NCBI GenBank assembly: GCA_964016885.1
Contig: OZ024743.1
Span: 87,668,001 to 87,732,000, forward strand
Source: Eledone cirrhosa
Lineage: Eukaryota
Reading direction: 5' to 3'
DNA length: 64,000 nucleotides
The notes beneath the pieces are model-generated. The model had not been told where the DNA came from and ran no database searches. It worked only from the letters and a program-made list of their open reading frames with translations. This document shows, in pieces, positions 26,350-40,340 of this stretch (positions within the stretch are counted from its first letter, which is position 1; every line of letters starts with the position of its first letter). Both the position numbers and the translations under genes were made by a program.

Positions 26350-27352
26350 TTATTGTTGTTGTTGGTGGTGGTTGTAGTGGCTGTGTTAGGCGTGGTGGTG
26401 GTGGTGGTGGTGGTGGTGGTGGTTGTAGTGGAAGTGTTAGTCGTGGCGGTGATGGTTTTTGTAGTGGTGGTGGTGGTGGTGGTTGTAGTGGAAGTGTTAG
26501 TCGTGGCGGTAGTGGTTTTTGTAGTGGTGGTGGCGGTGGTGGTGGTGGTTATAGTGGAAGTGTTAGTCGTGGCGGTCGTGGTTTTTGTAGTGGTGGTGGT
26601 GGTGGTGGTTATAGTGGAAGTGTTAGTCGTGGCGGTCGTGGTTTTTGTAGTGGTGGTGGTGGTGGTGGTTATAGTGGAAGTGTTAGTCGTGGCGGTCGTG
26701 GTTTTTGTAGTGGTGGTGGTGGTGGTGGTTGTGGAAGTGTTAGTCGTGGTGGTGGTGGTGGTTTTAGTGGCTGTGTTAGTCGTGGCGGTGGTGGTGGTGG
26801 TGGTGGTGGTGGTTGTAGTGGTGATGGTGGTGGTGGTTGTAGTGGAAGTGTTAGTCGTGGCGGTAGTGGTGGTGGTGGTGGTGGTGGTGGTGGTGGTGGT
26901 GGTGGTGGCGGTGGTGGTGGTGGTTATAGTGGAAGTGTTAGTCGTGGCGGTCGTGGTTTTTGTAGTGGTGGTGGTGGTGGTGGTGGTTGTGGAAGTGTTA
27001 GTCGTGGTGGTGGTGGTGGTTTTAGTGGCTGTGTTAGTCGTGGCGGTGGTGGTGGTGGTGGTTGTAGTGGTGGTGGTGGTGGTGTTGTAGTGGAAGTGTT
27101 AGTCGTGGTGGTGGTGATGGTGGTGGTGGTAGTGGTGGTTTTAGTGGCTGTGTTAGTCGTGGTGGTGGTGGTGGTGGTGGTGGTGGTGGTGGTGGTGGTT
27201 GTAGTGGAAGTGTTAGTCGTGACGGTGGTGGTTTTTGTAGTGGTGGTGATGGTGGTGGTGGTTGTAGTGGTGGTGGTGGTGGCTGTAGTGGTGGTGGTGG
27301 TGATGGTTGTGGAAGTGTTAGTCGTGGTGGTGGTGGTGGTGGTGGTTGTAGT
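26350..27352. repeat. (GGT)n-based compound repeat with a ~60-bp unit
   Basis: GTGGAAGTGTTAGTCGTGGCGGT motif recurring between GGT runs. Confidence 0.9.
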
Positions 27353-27665
27353 GAAATTTTTTTTGTTTTTGTTTTTTTGTTTCTCTCCGGTTTTCCTGGA
27401 TTTTTTTTTCTTTTCTGTGTTTCTTTTATTTTTTTAAAGTTTTGTCTGATTCCAAAGAGAAACGTTTGTAAGTTAAAGTGAAGAATATAAGAGATGAGAC
27501 CCTAATGTAAGCCATGACATGTTGTAGCATGTTCTAAGTACTAACGTCTATGCATGTCTGCACATGTCTACGCCATTACATCTTCTTGCTAGATCTTCAG
27601 ATTATCACAGTTCCGTTTAGGGAGAAATATGGTTTTATTTGTCTTCACTCTAATATTTCGTCTCC

Positions 27666-28860
27666 GTTACAGACACACACATACACACACATACACATAT
27701 GTACACATACATAGACAGGCATATCCACATACACACACATATACACATTGACACATATATGTACACACAGTTACAGACACACACATACACACACATACAC
27801 ATATGTACACATACATAGACAGGCATATCCACATACACATATATACACATTGACACATATATGTACACACAGTTACAGACACACACATACACACACATAC
27901 ACATATGTACACATACATAGACAGGCATATCCACATACACACATATACACATTGACACATATATGTACACACAGTTACAGACACACACATACACACACAT
28001 ACACATATGTACACATACATAGACAGGCATATCCACATACACACATATACACATTGACACATATATGTACACACACTTACAGACACACACATACACACAC
28101 ATACACATATGTACACATACATAGACAGGCATATCCACATACACACATATACACATTGACACATATATGTACACACAGTTACAGACACACACATACACAC
28201 ACATACACATATGTACACATACATAGACAGGCATATCCACATACACACATATACACATTGACACATATATGTACACACACTTACAGACACACACGTACAC
28301 ACACATACACATATGTACACATACATAGACAGGCATATCCACATACACACATATACACATTGACACATATATGTACACACAGTTACAGACACACACATAC
28401 ACACACATACACATATGTACACATACATAGACAGGCATATCCACATACACACATTGACACATATATGTACACACAGTTACAGACACACACATACACGCAC
28501 ATACACATATGTACACATACATAGACAGGCATATCCACATACACATATATACACATTGACACATATATGTACACACAGTTACAGACACACACATACACAC
28601 ACATACACATATGTACACATACATAGACAGGCATATGCACATACACACACACATACACATTGACACATATATGTACACACAGTTACAGACACAAACATAC
28701 ACACACATACACATGCAAACATACATAGACAGGCATATGCACATACACACACATACACATTGACACATATATGTACACACAGTTACAGACACACACATAC
28801 GGACACATACACATATGTACACATACATAGACAGGCATATGCACATACACACACATACAC
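27666..28860. repeat. ~102-bp CA-derived tandem repeat, about 12 copies
   Basis: GTTACAGAC anchor at 27666, 27770, 27872, 27974 and onward. Confidence 0.9.
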
Positions 28861-29382
28861 ATGCAAACATACAGAAAACACACAGACAGAAATACATCAC
28901 ACACACACACACATACGCATTGACACACATATGCACACACAGGTGCAGACACACACACGGATTCATACACACACATACATACACATAGACAGACATATGC
29001 ACACACACACACACACAATTATACATAAAATACACAGACGTAGACACACACATCACACACATACACACATACACACTGAGAGACATATGCACACACAGGT
29101 GCAGACACACACACGGATACACACACACACACATACATACACACAAACACATATGCACACACACACACACACACACACACAGACATACATAAAACATAGA
29201 CGAAACACATACATACACATAGGCAGACATACGCAAAGACACACAAGCACACATAAAAGACACACGCACAGATGGACACACACACACACACACTCACATT
29301 TACACATACACTCACGCAAGAACAGAACGCGCACACGCACATAAACAGAAAGAGAAAGGGAGAGAATAAAAGAGAGTGAGAG

Positions 29383-29459
<77 letters not shown>

Positions 29460-29468
29460 GGTGAGTAG

Positions 29469-29500
<32 letters not shown>

Positions 29501-29504
<4 letters not shown>

Positions 29505-30227
29505 AATATGGAAAGAAGGATACTTCGTGGTTGCACATGGGTTACATATTATAAAATTAGTCCCTCATCAGTGATTTGCCAACCGTCATTTGTATTTCAT
29601 CGCATTAAAAATCAGATACCTCAGGTTGGTGCGAGCAATAACTAAAATAAGCTATTGGGACAAGTGAGTTGCGTAAAGCGAGTGAGACAAGTAAACAACA
29701 GAAGGAAAAGCAAACCGAAGATGGGAAAAAAAAACAAGCAACATGGTTATCCGATCAGCATAAGCTGGGTGAATTTCATGAGCGTTCAAAATACAGACCT
29801 TTCGCCGTGAATGAGATGTAAGAAAGAAAGAATCCCACTCCTAACGAACGGGAGGAAGTGAGAAGGAGAGAAACAGAGAGTGGGTGAGTGGAAGTGCGAG
29901 GAAGAGGTCAGTCGAGAGAAAGTGTAACTCACAGAGGGGGTGAAAGAAGGTAAGAAAACAAAGAGAACGGGTGAGCAGTAAGAGAGAAAGAGAGAAACAA
30001 ATAATCGCAGTCTAGGTAAATATGTATGAAAAATATGGGAAGAAGGATACTGCGTGGTTGCACATGGGTTACATATTATAAAATTAGTCCCTCATCAGTG
30101 ATTTGCCAACCGTCATTGGTATTTCATCGCATTAAAAATCATATACCTCAGGTTGGTGCGAGCAATAACTAAAATAAGCTATTGGGACAAGTGAGTCGCG
30201 TAAAGCGAGTGAGACAAGTAAACAACA
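29501..30227 (-). mobile_element. Element with 200-bp direct repeats (29501-29700, 30028-30227) and a partial hammerhead core
   Basis: Near-identical repeats flanked by (TA)n, with CTGATGA on the minus strand in each. Confidence 0.6.
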
Positions 30228-30230
30228 TAG

Positions 30231-30282
<52 letters not shown>

Positions 30283-30418
30283 TAACAAAGGAATTGTGGT
30301 AAGGAACCAGATGGACCATAACGCACCAGAGTACTCAATACTTAGGGTAGTAGAGTGGGAAATAGGAAAAAGTATGACCCCGACGGCAGAGCTCAAGCCG
30401 TTTCGACGGCTATTTCTG

Positions 30419-30503
<85 letters not shown>

Positions 30504-30773
30504 CTGATACTGGAAAGGGTGATGTGTGGAGATATGAAGCCAAGATTCGGGACAGATATAAAAATGAGGAGACAAAGGAATTTACACTCGATATATATTT
30601 TGTCAGGAGAAAATCCGTGAGAAAAAATATAACTGTCACATTGGATAAATGCCATCTTGGGATGTCTTGGGTTGTCTAATGCCTTGTGGTGGTGGGAAGT
30701 TGGGAGATGGAAATTAAAGTTGCATATATATAAATATATATACATGTATATATATATACGTATATATATATGT

Positions 30774-30908
<135 letters not shown>

Positions 30909-30915
30909 TACATAT

Positions 30916-30975
<60 letters not shown>

Positions 30976-30977
<2 letters not shown>

Positions 30978-31445
30978 GGGATAACAGATTATTGTTATAG
31001 GTAGTCCACTTAGGTGTAGTCCAGTTAGGGTACTCCGAGTAGTGGATGATATCAACGCTTGGCTAAGTTTGACTCAACAAGGCGTTTCCATAGTGATGCT
31101 GTGAGTACGCGGTGATTCATATGTTGTTAACACTTGGAGTAATGATAAATCAAGAAAGGTTTTTAATCACATTGCTGACAATTATTTCTCTGAACTGGTA
31201 GGTCTAGAGATCGCTACCCGCCTGTTTTCACGTCATTCGATCACCAATTCATAGTTGTAACCAGTCAATTCATTCTCGCTAGCTCTGATGAATTAACTGG
31301 TTACAACTATGTATTGGTGATCGATGACGTGAAAAAGGCGGGTAGCGATCTCTAGACCTACCAGTTCAGAGAAACAATTGTCAGCAATGAGATTAAAATC
31401 CTTTTTTGAATAGCAAACCATGTCACTCTCCTTTCTTGATTTATA
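30976..31445. mobile_element. Inverted pair of Penelope-like pseudo-LTRs; extended hammerhead at 31285-31382 (+)
   Basis: Minus copy at 30976-31272 abuts a plus copy; same family as 24.4 kb and 47.2 kb. Confidence 0.7.
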
Positions 31446-32972
31446 AATATATATATATATATAGAGAGAGAGAGAGGGGGGGAGAGAGAGAGAGAATCTC
31501 TGGAACTAGCTGTTGAAACGGCAAGAACTCAGACTTCTGCGTTCACAGATTGATTTTTTTAGTTTCAGAAGATCCCGTTAAGGGTGAGAGGAGCGATTCT
31601 TTGCTTAAACTTTAATCTGTTATTTTAATTTTTCCTAAGTTCCTTGTGTATGAGTTTAGTGTAAGTATTAAAATCCAGGTTGTATATATGATGCATAACT
31701 ACTTCACTACTGGATGGGCGTGCATGGCCAGCGGCATATCACAATGATTGCATAACTGCACTAATGATTGCGTAACATTGACGACGTCACATCAATTACC
31801 ATGTAACAGAAATATATATAATGCAATAAACAATTATGATGATTTAACCCAGTCTTAACAACCATATATATATATACATATGTGTGTGTGTGTGTGTGTG
31901 TGTATGTGTGTGTGTGCGTGTGCGTGTGTGTGTGCGTGTGTGTGTGTTGTTGCTGTTGTTTATAATTTGCAAAATTTCCTATTTGGAAACGTGTGTTAAA
32001 ACAGATATCGTTATACTTTGGGAGAGTCGTGCTGCTAATAAAAAACACACGCACTTGTCTTCACTTCAATTTATTATAAATTTCCGGTTGGTTAGTCTGT
32101 TCGATAACTGGATAGTTGTTTATATATTATCAAAGCTCTTTCGTCACACCTTCTGTAACCCCCTCGGTGACTGGGTTTTTATTTTGTGTGTCTCTCCTTC
32201 GTTCTGTCCTACACCTCATACACAATACATAAAAACCCAGTTACTGAGGAGTGAAAACCACTAGACGTGTGTGTTTTTATTGGCAGCATGACCCGCGCAA
32301 ACTATAACAATATATATATATATATATAACTCCTAGAATTAATGATTAACTGATTAATTTAATTAGACAATTCTATTGATTGATTAATTGTTTATGTTTG
32401 TTTGATAACTTCTGGTTGAGTGCTTAATTCGGTTTGTCTAAGGGTATTTCATTCCTTTGTCCCAAATTTCTAATTCACCGCCAAAACGGGGGTTACCTCC
32501 CTTTGAGAAAACCACGTGTCTATAGCGAAATTTACTGCTAGAACACACCCGCTGAGGCTATAGAACACAAGACTTGTTGGCGAAGTAAATCCTTTGTTCT
32601 GTCTTCAAAGGCCATTAACTTGCAGACCTCCGCAAGCGGAATTAGACGATCTCGGATTTACAGAAACCTAGCGTGGATGTTGTATGTTATATGTGATGTA
32701 TATCGTATGCTATACAATATGCGTTATGTATTGCATTCGATCTCCGCGTGATGGTCCGGGTCAGTCAAAATCTTTCCCTGAGTTCAGTCTTTTTCGTTGC
32801 TATGGCAATGCGGCTGGACTGCCTGTCGCTATATTTGATTTACAAAGCTGTCTAAACGTATTGTTATAACTCTGGAGTATTATTCTCCATCGAGTGCTAA
32901 AGCAACATTTCGAATCTGAATTCGTTAGCTTAGCCGCAGCCTAAAGCTTCGTTAATGCTGTACTAAAATTTG

Positions 32973-33067
<95 letters not shown>

Positions 33068-33274
33068 CAGGATTTAACAAGTATTACAGAATATTATTCA
33101 GCAGAGTACTCGATACTTGGGATAATAGAGTATGACTATATTAGAACGAGTCAGGGCCCGACGGTTGAGCTCTTGCCGTTTCGCACTCACGCACACATAC
33201 ACATACATACATACATACATACATACATACATACATACATACATACATACATACATACATACATACATACATAC

Positions 33275-33522
33275 ATGGTGGCGCCCAACTCGTTTTCGAG
33301 TACGGCCACAACTTTATATCCATGTAGGAGAACCCCTACCGATGCGCTGAACGAGTGTGACTTTTTAGTCCAGCCAGCGACTTGAAAACTCTGGTACAAA
33401 CACTACACCTGTGACAATTATTGACAGATAGTGCTGGGCCCATGGTACCATGTGACGACAAGTGCAGAGAGATCTCCAGATATAAAGCAATGCCTGTGAC
33501 GTGAAGCTTTTATAGTGAGCAA
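33275..33522 (-). mobile_element. 5'-truncated copy of the non-autonomous RTE derivative
   Basis: Reverse complement of ~40683-40931, with (CATA)n on both sides. Confidence 0.8.
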
Positions 33523-33752
33523 ACATACATACATGTATGTATATGTTTATCATATTATATGATGTATGTATTGTGGTTGACTGCCAAATTCGAATATCTC
33601 ACAACCAAGATACAGGATATATTACAAATACTTCATAGTGTTTCACTCCATCAGTCACTCCATCAGTAAATGTCAATTGTTATTTTCATACATAGAAATC
33701 TACAACTCGACATCAACATCTTGCATTGTATCTATATATTCTCTGTCTATCT

Positions 33753-34809
33753 AACCGGTGTGGGCACCGTTTGTGAGACAGGCTTTCCCACAGCTCGTCT
33801 CGCTAACGGAGCTGCAGTCCTGGGTGAAGAAAAGACCGAAAACGATGGGCGCCTGGCACATTGAATGCGCTCAGGCGCTCACAGTCCTCTGGCAAGCGGG
33901 CGCAGCAATCAGTGGAGACTCCACTTCGACATTCTATAGAGGGATTGTACGTTACAAGGGCGACGACGTGCTCGGAGAGACTCTGGGCGTCGAAGACGAT
34001 GAGCTCACCAGTCTGTTTGGTAGGACTTTCCGCCCGGGACCTATGGACAACTTCCAGAGGTCCCTGGCCTGGCAGTGCTACCGAGGAGCTCTACCGGTTC
34101 GTGACAAGATCTACAGGCACGGACGCCCTGGCAGGGATCCTTCCAAGAGGACGTGTCCAAGATGTGCGCAGGACATTGAAACAGTTCTGCACGCAATTGT
34201 ACACTGCTCGGGCGTAAGCAACCTGTGGAACTATGCAGAACAACTGCTGTCGCGTATGGGACAAATCCAGTTGACTGCCGAGTCCATAGTAAGGATCAAA
34301 CCGCCAGCCTCTTTCAAAAACGAAAGAGAGGCGGTTTTCCTCTGTACGGTGGCTATGGTGAAAGAAGTTATATGGTGGACGAGGTTGAGAGGACTGAGGA
34401 CAGATGCCTTTCTCTCCGGACAACAATTGATTCCCTTCTTTAAGTATCACTTTAGAAGGAGAATCAGGGTGGAAAGAGAGGCACTGCACCCCAGTAAATT
34501 TACTGAAAGGTGGGTGAATGAAGCGAAAATGGCCCGAGTGATTGGGCCTTCTTTGTTTATAAGCATGTAGGTTGAGGAAGAGAGCAAAAGGAAGAAAGGA
34601 GCACTTGCACAACACGCTCCTGGAGTTGAGGGTCGTTCTATCGACGGGGTATTAAACAACCCATTTGTGGCGCCTCCCCCCTTTTGGGGATTTCGATTGT
34701 TGAAACTGTTTGTTTTTATATTTTTCACACGACTGTATGTAAAATCCCCGGCATGTCTTTGTATTGTCCCCTTTTCTTGTTGCGCCCTTGTGGGTAATAA
34801 AGAATTCTA
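33753..34809 (+). mobile_element. 5'-truncated Tx1-clade LINE (ORF2 C-terminus and 3' UTR)
   Basis: ORF 33758-34570 aligns with the ORF2 C-terminus (WAPFVRQAFPQLVSLTELQSW...CPRC); AATAAA then (TATC)n. Confidence 0.92.
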
Positions 34810-34988
34810 TCTATCTATCTATCTATCTATATATCTGTCTATCTATCTATCTGTCTATCTATATATATATATATATATGTCTATCTATATATCTATCTAT
34901 CTGTCATCTATCCATCTATTTATCTAATTATCTATCTAGTTATCTGTCAGTCTGTCTGTCTATCTATCTATCCATCTATACATCTCTC

Positions 34989-35075
<87 letters not shown>

Positions 35076-35774
35076 ATGTGTGTGTGTATGTGAGTGTGTG
35101 TGTGTGTGTGTGTATGTGTCTATTTTGGCTCTTCTTTTTTTGTCTTTTGCCCGAAAGACATGGTGGTCCATGCCAGTTGATTAGTATAATAGACTTCTCT
35201 CATTACGATGAAGACATTTTGTTATTTTAGGTTTTATTGCTACCGAAAAAATCTGGTTCCCTTCTTAGGGTTAGATAGCTGCGTTTGTGGTTAGAAAGAA
35301 GCGGACATATTCGTGTGGAAATAAACAGTCTGACTGATAACGAGGTTCAAATTCCCGGTGTATAATACATTATTGTATTCTATGACTACTGTTCCGGTTG
35401 ATTCGATCAAGGGAAAACCTTGCTCGTGAAATTAACGTACACATCGGAAAGATATGTATATATAAAATTTAAAATTGGTCGTTTTGGAAGCCTCAACAAT
35501 GCAGATGGATAAATCTCCGGGTAACAGAATCAGGTGGTAATGAGGGAGATGTAAGAGGAAATGTAGAATGAGATGTATAGTGTGTAGAGAAACGTAGGAA
35601 AGAGTGTAAAATAATAACACGAGATAGAGTTACCTTGAAAGTGATTTAATTGTCCCTATATTTCGAATTTCGCATCCATCAACTGGGGCTTTTCCGAGAG
35701 GGAATGTTTTTAGTCGGAGAGGGACAACAAGTGGCCTCTGTTGTCTATCGTGTTAGTGTATATATATATATATG

Positions 35775-35820
<46 letters not shown>

Positions 35821-35855
35821 TAACAGATTAAAGTTTAAGCAAAGAATCGCTATTA

Positions 35856-35887
<32 letters not shown>

Positions 35888-36289
35888 ATGTATGTACATA
35901 CATACATACATACGTACTTACATACACGACAAACGACATTGTTACTAAATATTAGGCGTCAAAAAATGGTTTGTGATATTTATTCCGACTCTTTGAGCTC
36001 TGAGTTCAAATCTTCCCGATGTGTACCTTTGCCTTTCATCATTTTGATATCATTAAACAAAGTATCAGACCACGTGTGATGCATTGGCGGAATTGGTGCC
36101 ATGTAATATCTGTTCTTGCACCGTATCCAGTTCAAATTTCGTATCTGTCACCAAAAAAGTGGAGACGTTCTGCTAGCTGCTGCGACCAACACTATCAGCA
36201 ATGATAAAAACCCAAATGGAAGCATAATTTCCTTGGTTCAATCTGAAAAATCGGCTTCTTTCCTTTCAATTGCAAACTATCAAAGTATG

Positions 36290-37115
36290 TTTTTTTTGTT
36301 TTTTTTCTGGCTCCGCAACTCCTGGCGGTTTCGCAGAGGTGCCATCACGACATACAGCGTGTCTTGGGTACTTTAAACCAGGTGGAACCTATCACCTTCC
36401 CAGGTTTGAACACAGCCTTACACTCCCTTCTTTGAGAAGAAGGGAGTGTATGGAAGTGAGAAAGAGATATAGAGAAAGAAGGAAGAGTATGGAAGTGAGA
36501 AAGAGATATAGAGAAAGAAGGAAGAGTATGGAAGTGAGAAAGAGATATAGAGAAAGAAGGAAGAGTATGGAAGTGAGAAAGAGATATAGAGGAAGAAGGA
36601 AGTGTATGGAAGTGAGAAAGAGATATAGAGAAAGAAGGAAGAGTATGGAAGTGAGAAAGAGATATAGAGAAAGAAGGAAGAGTATGGAAGTGAGAAAGAG
36701 ATATAGAGAAAGAAGGAAGAGTATGGAAGTGAGAAAGAGATATAGAGAAAGAAGGAAGAGTATGGAAGTGAGAAAGAGATATAGAGAAAGAAGGAAGAGT
36801 ATGGAAGTGAGAAAGAGATATAGAGAAAGAAGGAAGAGTATGGAAGTGAGAAAGAGATATAGAGAAAGAAGGAAGAGTATGGAAGTGAGAAAGAGATATA
36901 GAGAAAGAAGGAAGAGTATGGAAGTGAGAAAGAGATATAGAGAAAGAAGGAAGTGTATGGAAGAATCGAGCCCCGCTTTGGACTGGTACTTTTTTATCGA
37001 CCTTGAATGGATGAAAGGCAAAGTTGACATTGGCGGGATCCTAACTCAGAAAGAGTAGAGAGATAGAACGAATACCACAAAACATTCAATCCGATCTTTT
37101 AACGACTTTTCCATA
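36290..37115 (-). mobile_element. tRNA-derived SINE containing an internal 39-bp minisatellite (~13 copies, 36445-36962)
   Basis: Unit AGTATGGAAGTGAGAAAGAGATATAGAGAAAGAAGGAAG; both flanks match the SINE at 22830-23166. Confidence 0.8.
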
Positions 37116-37559
37116 AAAGTACAGTTTATCTCATTTCTACCACTACACAATTATATTTTTCCTACTGACGAAATTTAATAGATTGACACACGCAAGGGCT
37201 TACAGTAGTAGATAATTGAATAAATACAAAATATATTAGATAAACCATTTGTTTGTTTGTTTGTTTGTTTTGGTGGAGGTGGGGTGGGGGTCGAATTATT
37301 TTTCAACTACGTAGAGGGGGAATTACCAAAATCGTTAGAACGACGGATAGAATACTTTGCAGTATTCGTTCCGGTTCCCTGCACTTTGAGTTCAAAACCC
37401 ACCGAAATCAACTTCGCAGTCGGTAACAAAAGTACCAGTCTAGTATTGAGGTTGATTCTTTATCAGAGCTTAGAAAGCCAGAACAACACTTGCCGGAGCC
37501 CATTACTTCTCCACAAATGTTATGGGACAAACACACACATACACACTCATTTATATGTA

Positions 37560-37687
<128 letters not shown>

Positions 37688-37989
37688 GATATGGTCCAGT
37701 AATTTCTGGTAGAGTCGTAGGAGCGCATAAATATATACATCTTTGTCAAGAATATACATAACATCTCAAAATCTTTAAGATTGGAGGCGGTAAAAACCAG
37801 TTAGACAATTACTCAGTAGAGTACTCGATATTTGGGGTAGTAGAGTGGATAATATGAAAAAATTCAGGACACCGACGGTTGAGCTAGATTCCCGCCGCTC
37901 GAATAGTTCGGATCTAGCTCTTGAAACGGCCGGAGCTCATCCGTTGAGGTCCATAATTTTTTCATATATATGTATGTATGTATATATAT

Positions 37990-38121
37990 ATGTTGATGCC
38001 CTAAGGACAGACACTGGTCTGTTGGAGATGCAGGATATGGCAGCGATAATGAGGGACAGAGACCGCTGGAGAGAACTCGTCCATGGATCTCGGGAATTTT
38101 ACCCGCCTTAGATAGATAGAT
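37990..38121 (+). mobile_element. 3' fragment of an RTE-like LINE with a (TAGA)n tail
   Basis: YVDALRTDTGL...MRDRDRWRELV resembles the DR..WR..V C-terminus of RTE ORFs. Confidence 0.6.
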
Positions 38122-38375
38122 ATGTAGAGGTTATATTTAATTTGTTGGGATACAACAAGCAAAATATTTTTATAACTGATATAAAGCACTCAACAAATTA
38201 TTGGTGATTCCAACCAGAATGGTTGCATTTTTTAAGGGTATGTCAATATTTATTTATTTATAAAACTAACCTATATTATATTTTATCTGATGAAAGCGCA
38301 CCATAGTTTGCTCTGGTGGCCCTTGAAATATGTATAATGAAATAAATATGGTTTTATAAATATAGTTTCCATTTG

Positions 38376-38629
<254 letters not shown>

Positions 38630-38654
38630 TATATATATAGATATATATATATAT

Positions 38655-38838
38655 AGGCGGTGGATTGGCAGTATCGGTAGAGGATCGGACGCCATGCTTT
38701 CCAGCATAGTTACGTCCCTTTACGATCTGAGTTCAAATCTCGCCGAGGTTGACTTTGCCTTTCATCCTTACGGGGTCGATAAAATAAAGTACCAGTAATG
38801 CACTGGGTAATTGCTGGCCTTGTGCCTAAAGTAGAAAC

Positions 38839-38842
<4 letters not shown>
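38655..38842 (+). mobile_element. tRNA-derived SINE (reference-like full copy)
   Basis: GGCGGTGGATTGGCAGTATCGGTAGA...GAGTTCAAATC...GTAGAAACAATT between (TA)n tracts. Confidence 0.9.
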
Positions 38843-38901
<59 letters not shown>

Positions 38902-38929
38902 CGATGGGCATCTGCAGTCAAATTTGGCA

Positions 38930-39058
38930 CTCATAAGGCATTAGTCAACCTGAGGCTATAATGAAAAACACTTGCTGAAAGTGCTTCGGAGCGGGAGTGA
39001 AACCAGAACCATATAGATGCGAAACAAACTCTTTAACCACACAGCTATACCAGCGCCT
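38930..39058 (-). mobile_element. Second tRNA-SINE family (CORE-like), diverged
   Basis: CACTTGCTGAAAGTG...GGGAGTGAAACCAGAACC...CTTTAACCACACAGC, the reverse of a tRNA head with a CORE-like segment. Confidence 0.55.
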
Positions 39059-39323
39059 AAGTCATCAGAGAAACAAACTATCTTCGTTCTATTTTTAAAA
39101 AAATATATATATTAATAAAGAAGCCAATGATATACAAGAAATGTGATTTCAATCTCGATTTTAGCCAGGTATGTTATTCACACATGAATATGTTCGTGGC
39201 TAACTTAGATACACAAGTCACTTGCTAATGTACTAAAATAGAACCAATTTTCTCCGCCGGGCGAAAACCTACAAAGGCAAAAAGACTTTTATTGTAATTT
39301 TAGGATTATAATAAAGCGCGCGC

Positions 39324-39443
<120 letters not shown>

Positions 39444-39475
39444 ATATATTTATATTTATATATATATATATATAT

Positions 39476-39564
<89 letters not shown>

Positions 39565-39568
<4 letters not shown>

Positions 39569-39753
39569 AAATGAAAAATAACCGAGGTGTCCTACACGAG
39601 TGAAAGTATAAAGAAAAAAAGATGGAATCGAAAATGCAACTGGAGTCTTATTTTTAAAAGAATATATATATTTATTTGGTTCCTTTACCGGTTTCGCAGT
39701 TCTTCTGCTTTTCAAAAGTAGAGTTGAGATGGAGGGTCTGTGGTTTTTCTCAC
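39565..39753 (-). mobile_element. Short interspersed element with a U3-A8 variant hammerhead (second copy at 60385-60575, plus)
   Basis: Near-identical to the reverse complement of 60385-60575. Confidence 0.7.
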
Positions 39754-39755
39754 AT

Positions 39756-39849
<94 letters not shown>

Positions 39850-39890
39850 GTGTGTGTTTGTGTGTGTGTGTGTGTGTATGTGTGTATATA

Positions 39891-39922
<32 letters not shown>

Positions 39923-40238
39923 TATGTATGTATATATATATGCCTATATATATATATATATATATACACTTAAATACATACGTACATATATACACACACA
40001 TGCTCATATATAGGTGAGTAAGAAAATATGTATTTGTATATGTGTATATACTTGAATATGCATATATATAATATAGATATGTATGCATATATATATATAT
40101 ATACACTTATGTACACACTGACAGACACACACGCGTACACACACACGCATATATATATAAATATATACACATGTACATATATTCTTATTCACATATATAT
40201 ATGAGCCTCTGTGTGTATATATGTACGTATGTATTTAA

Positions 40239-40276
<38 letters not shown>

Positions 40277-40340
40277 ATGTATGTATGTATGTATGTATGT
40301 ATGTATGTATGTATGTATGTATGTATGTATGTATGTATGT

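Noticed and set aside
26328-27437. Gly-rich loricrin- or cuticle-like ORF
   Set aside because: GGT microsatellite derivative with no ATG start or signal peptide; it drifts into poly-Val.
33276-33292. TGGCGCCCAAC as a tRNA-Lys primer-binding site
   Set aside because: No adjacent LTR; it is the antisense of the 3' end of the RTE derivative.
36270-37058. ORF with MEVRKRYRERRKS repeats (protamine-like)
   Set aside because: It is a 39-bp minisatellite inside a SINE.
38655-38750. A and B boxes as a tRNA gene
   Set aside because: No cloverleaf, and it continues into a multi-copy SINE body.
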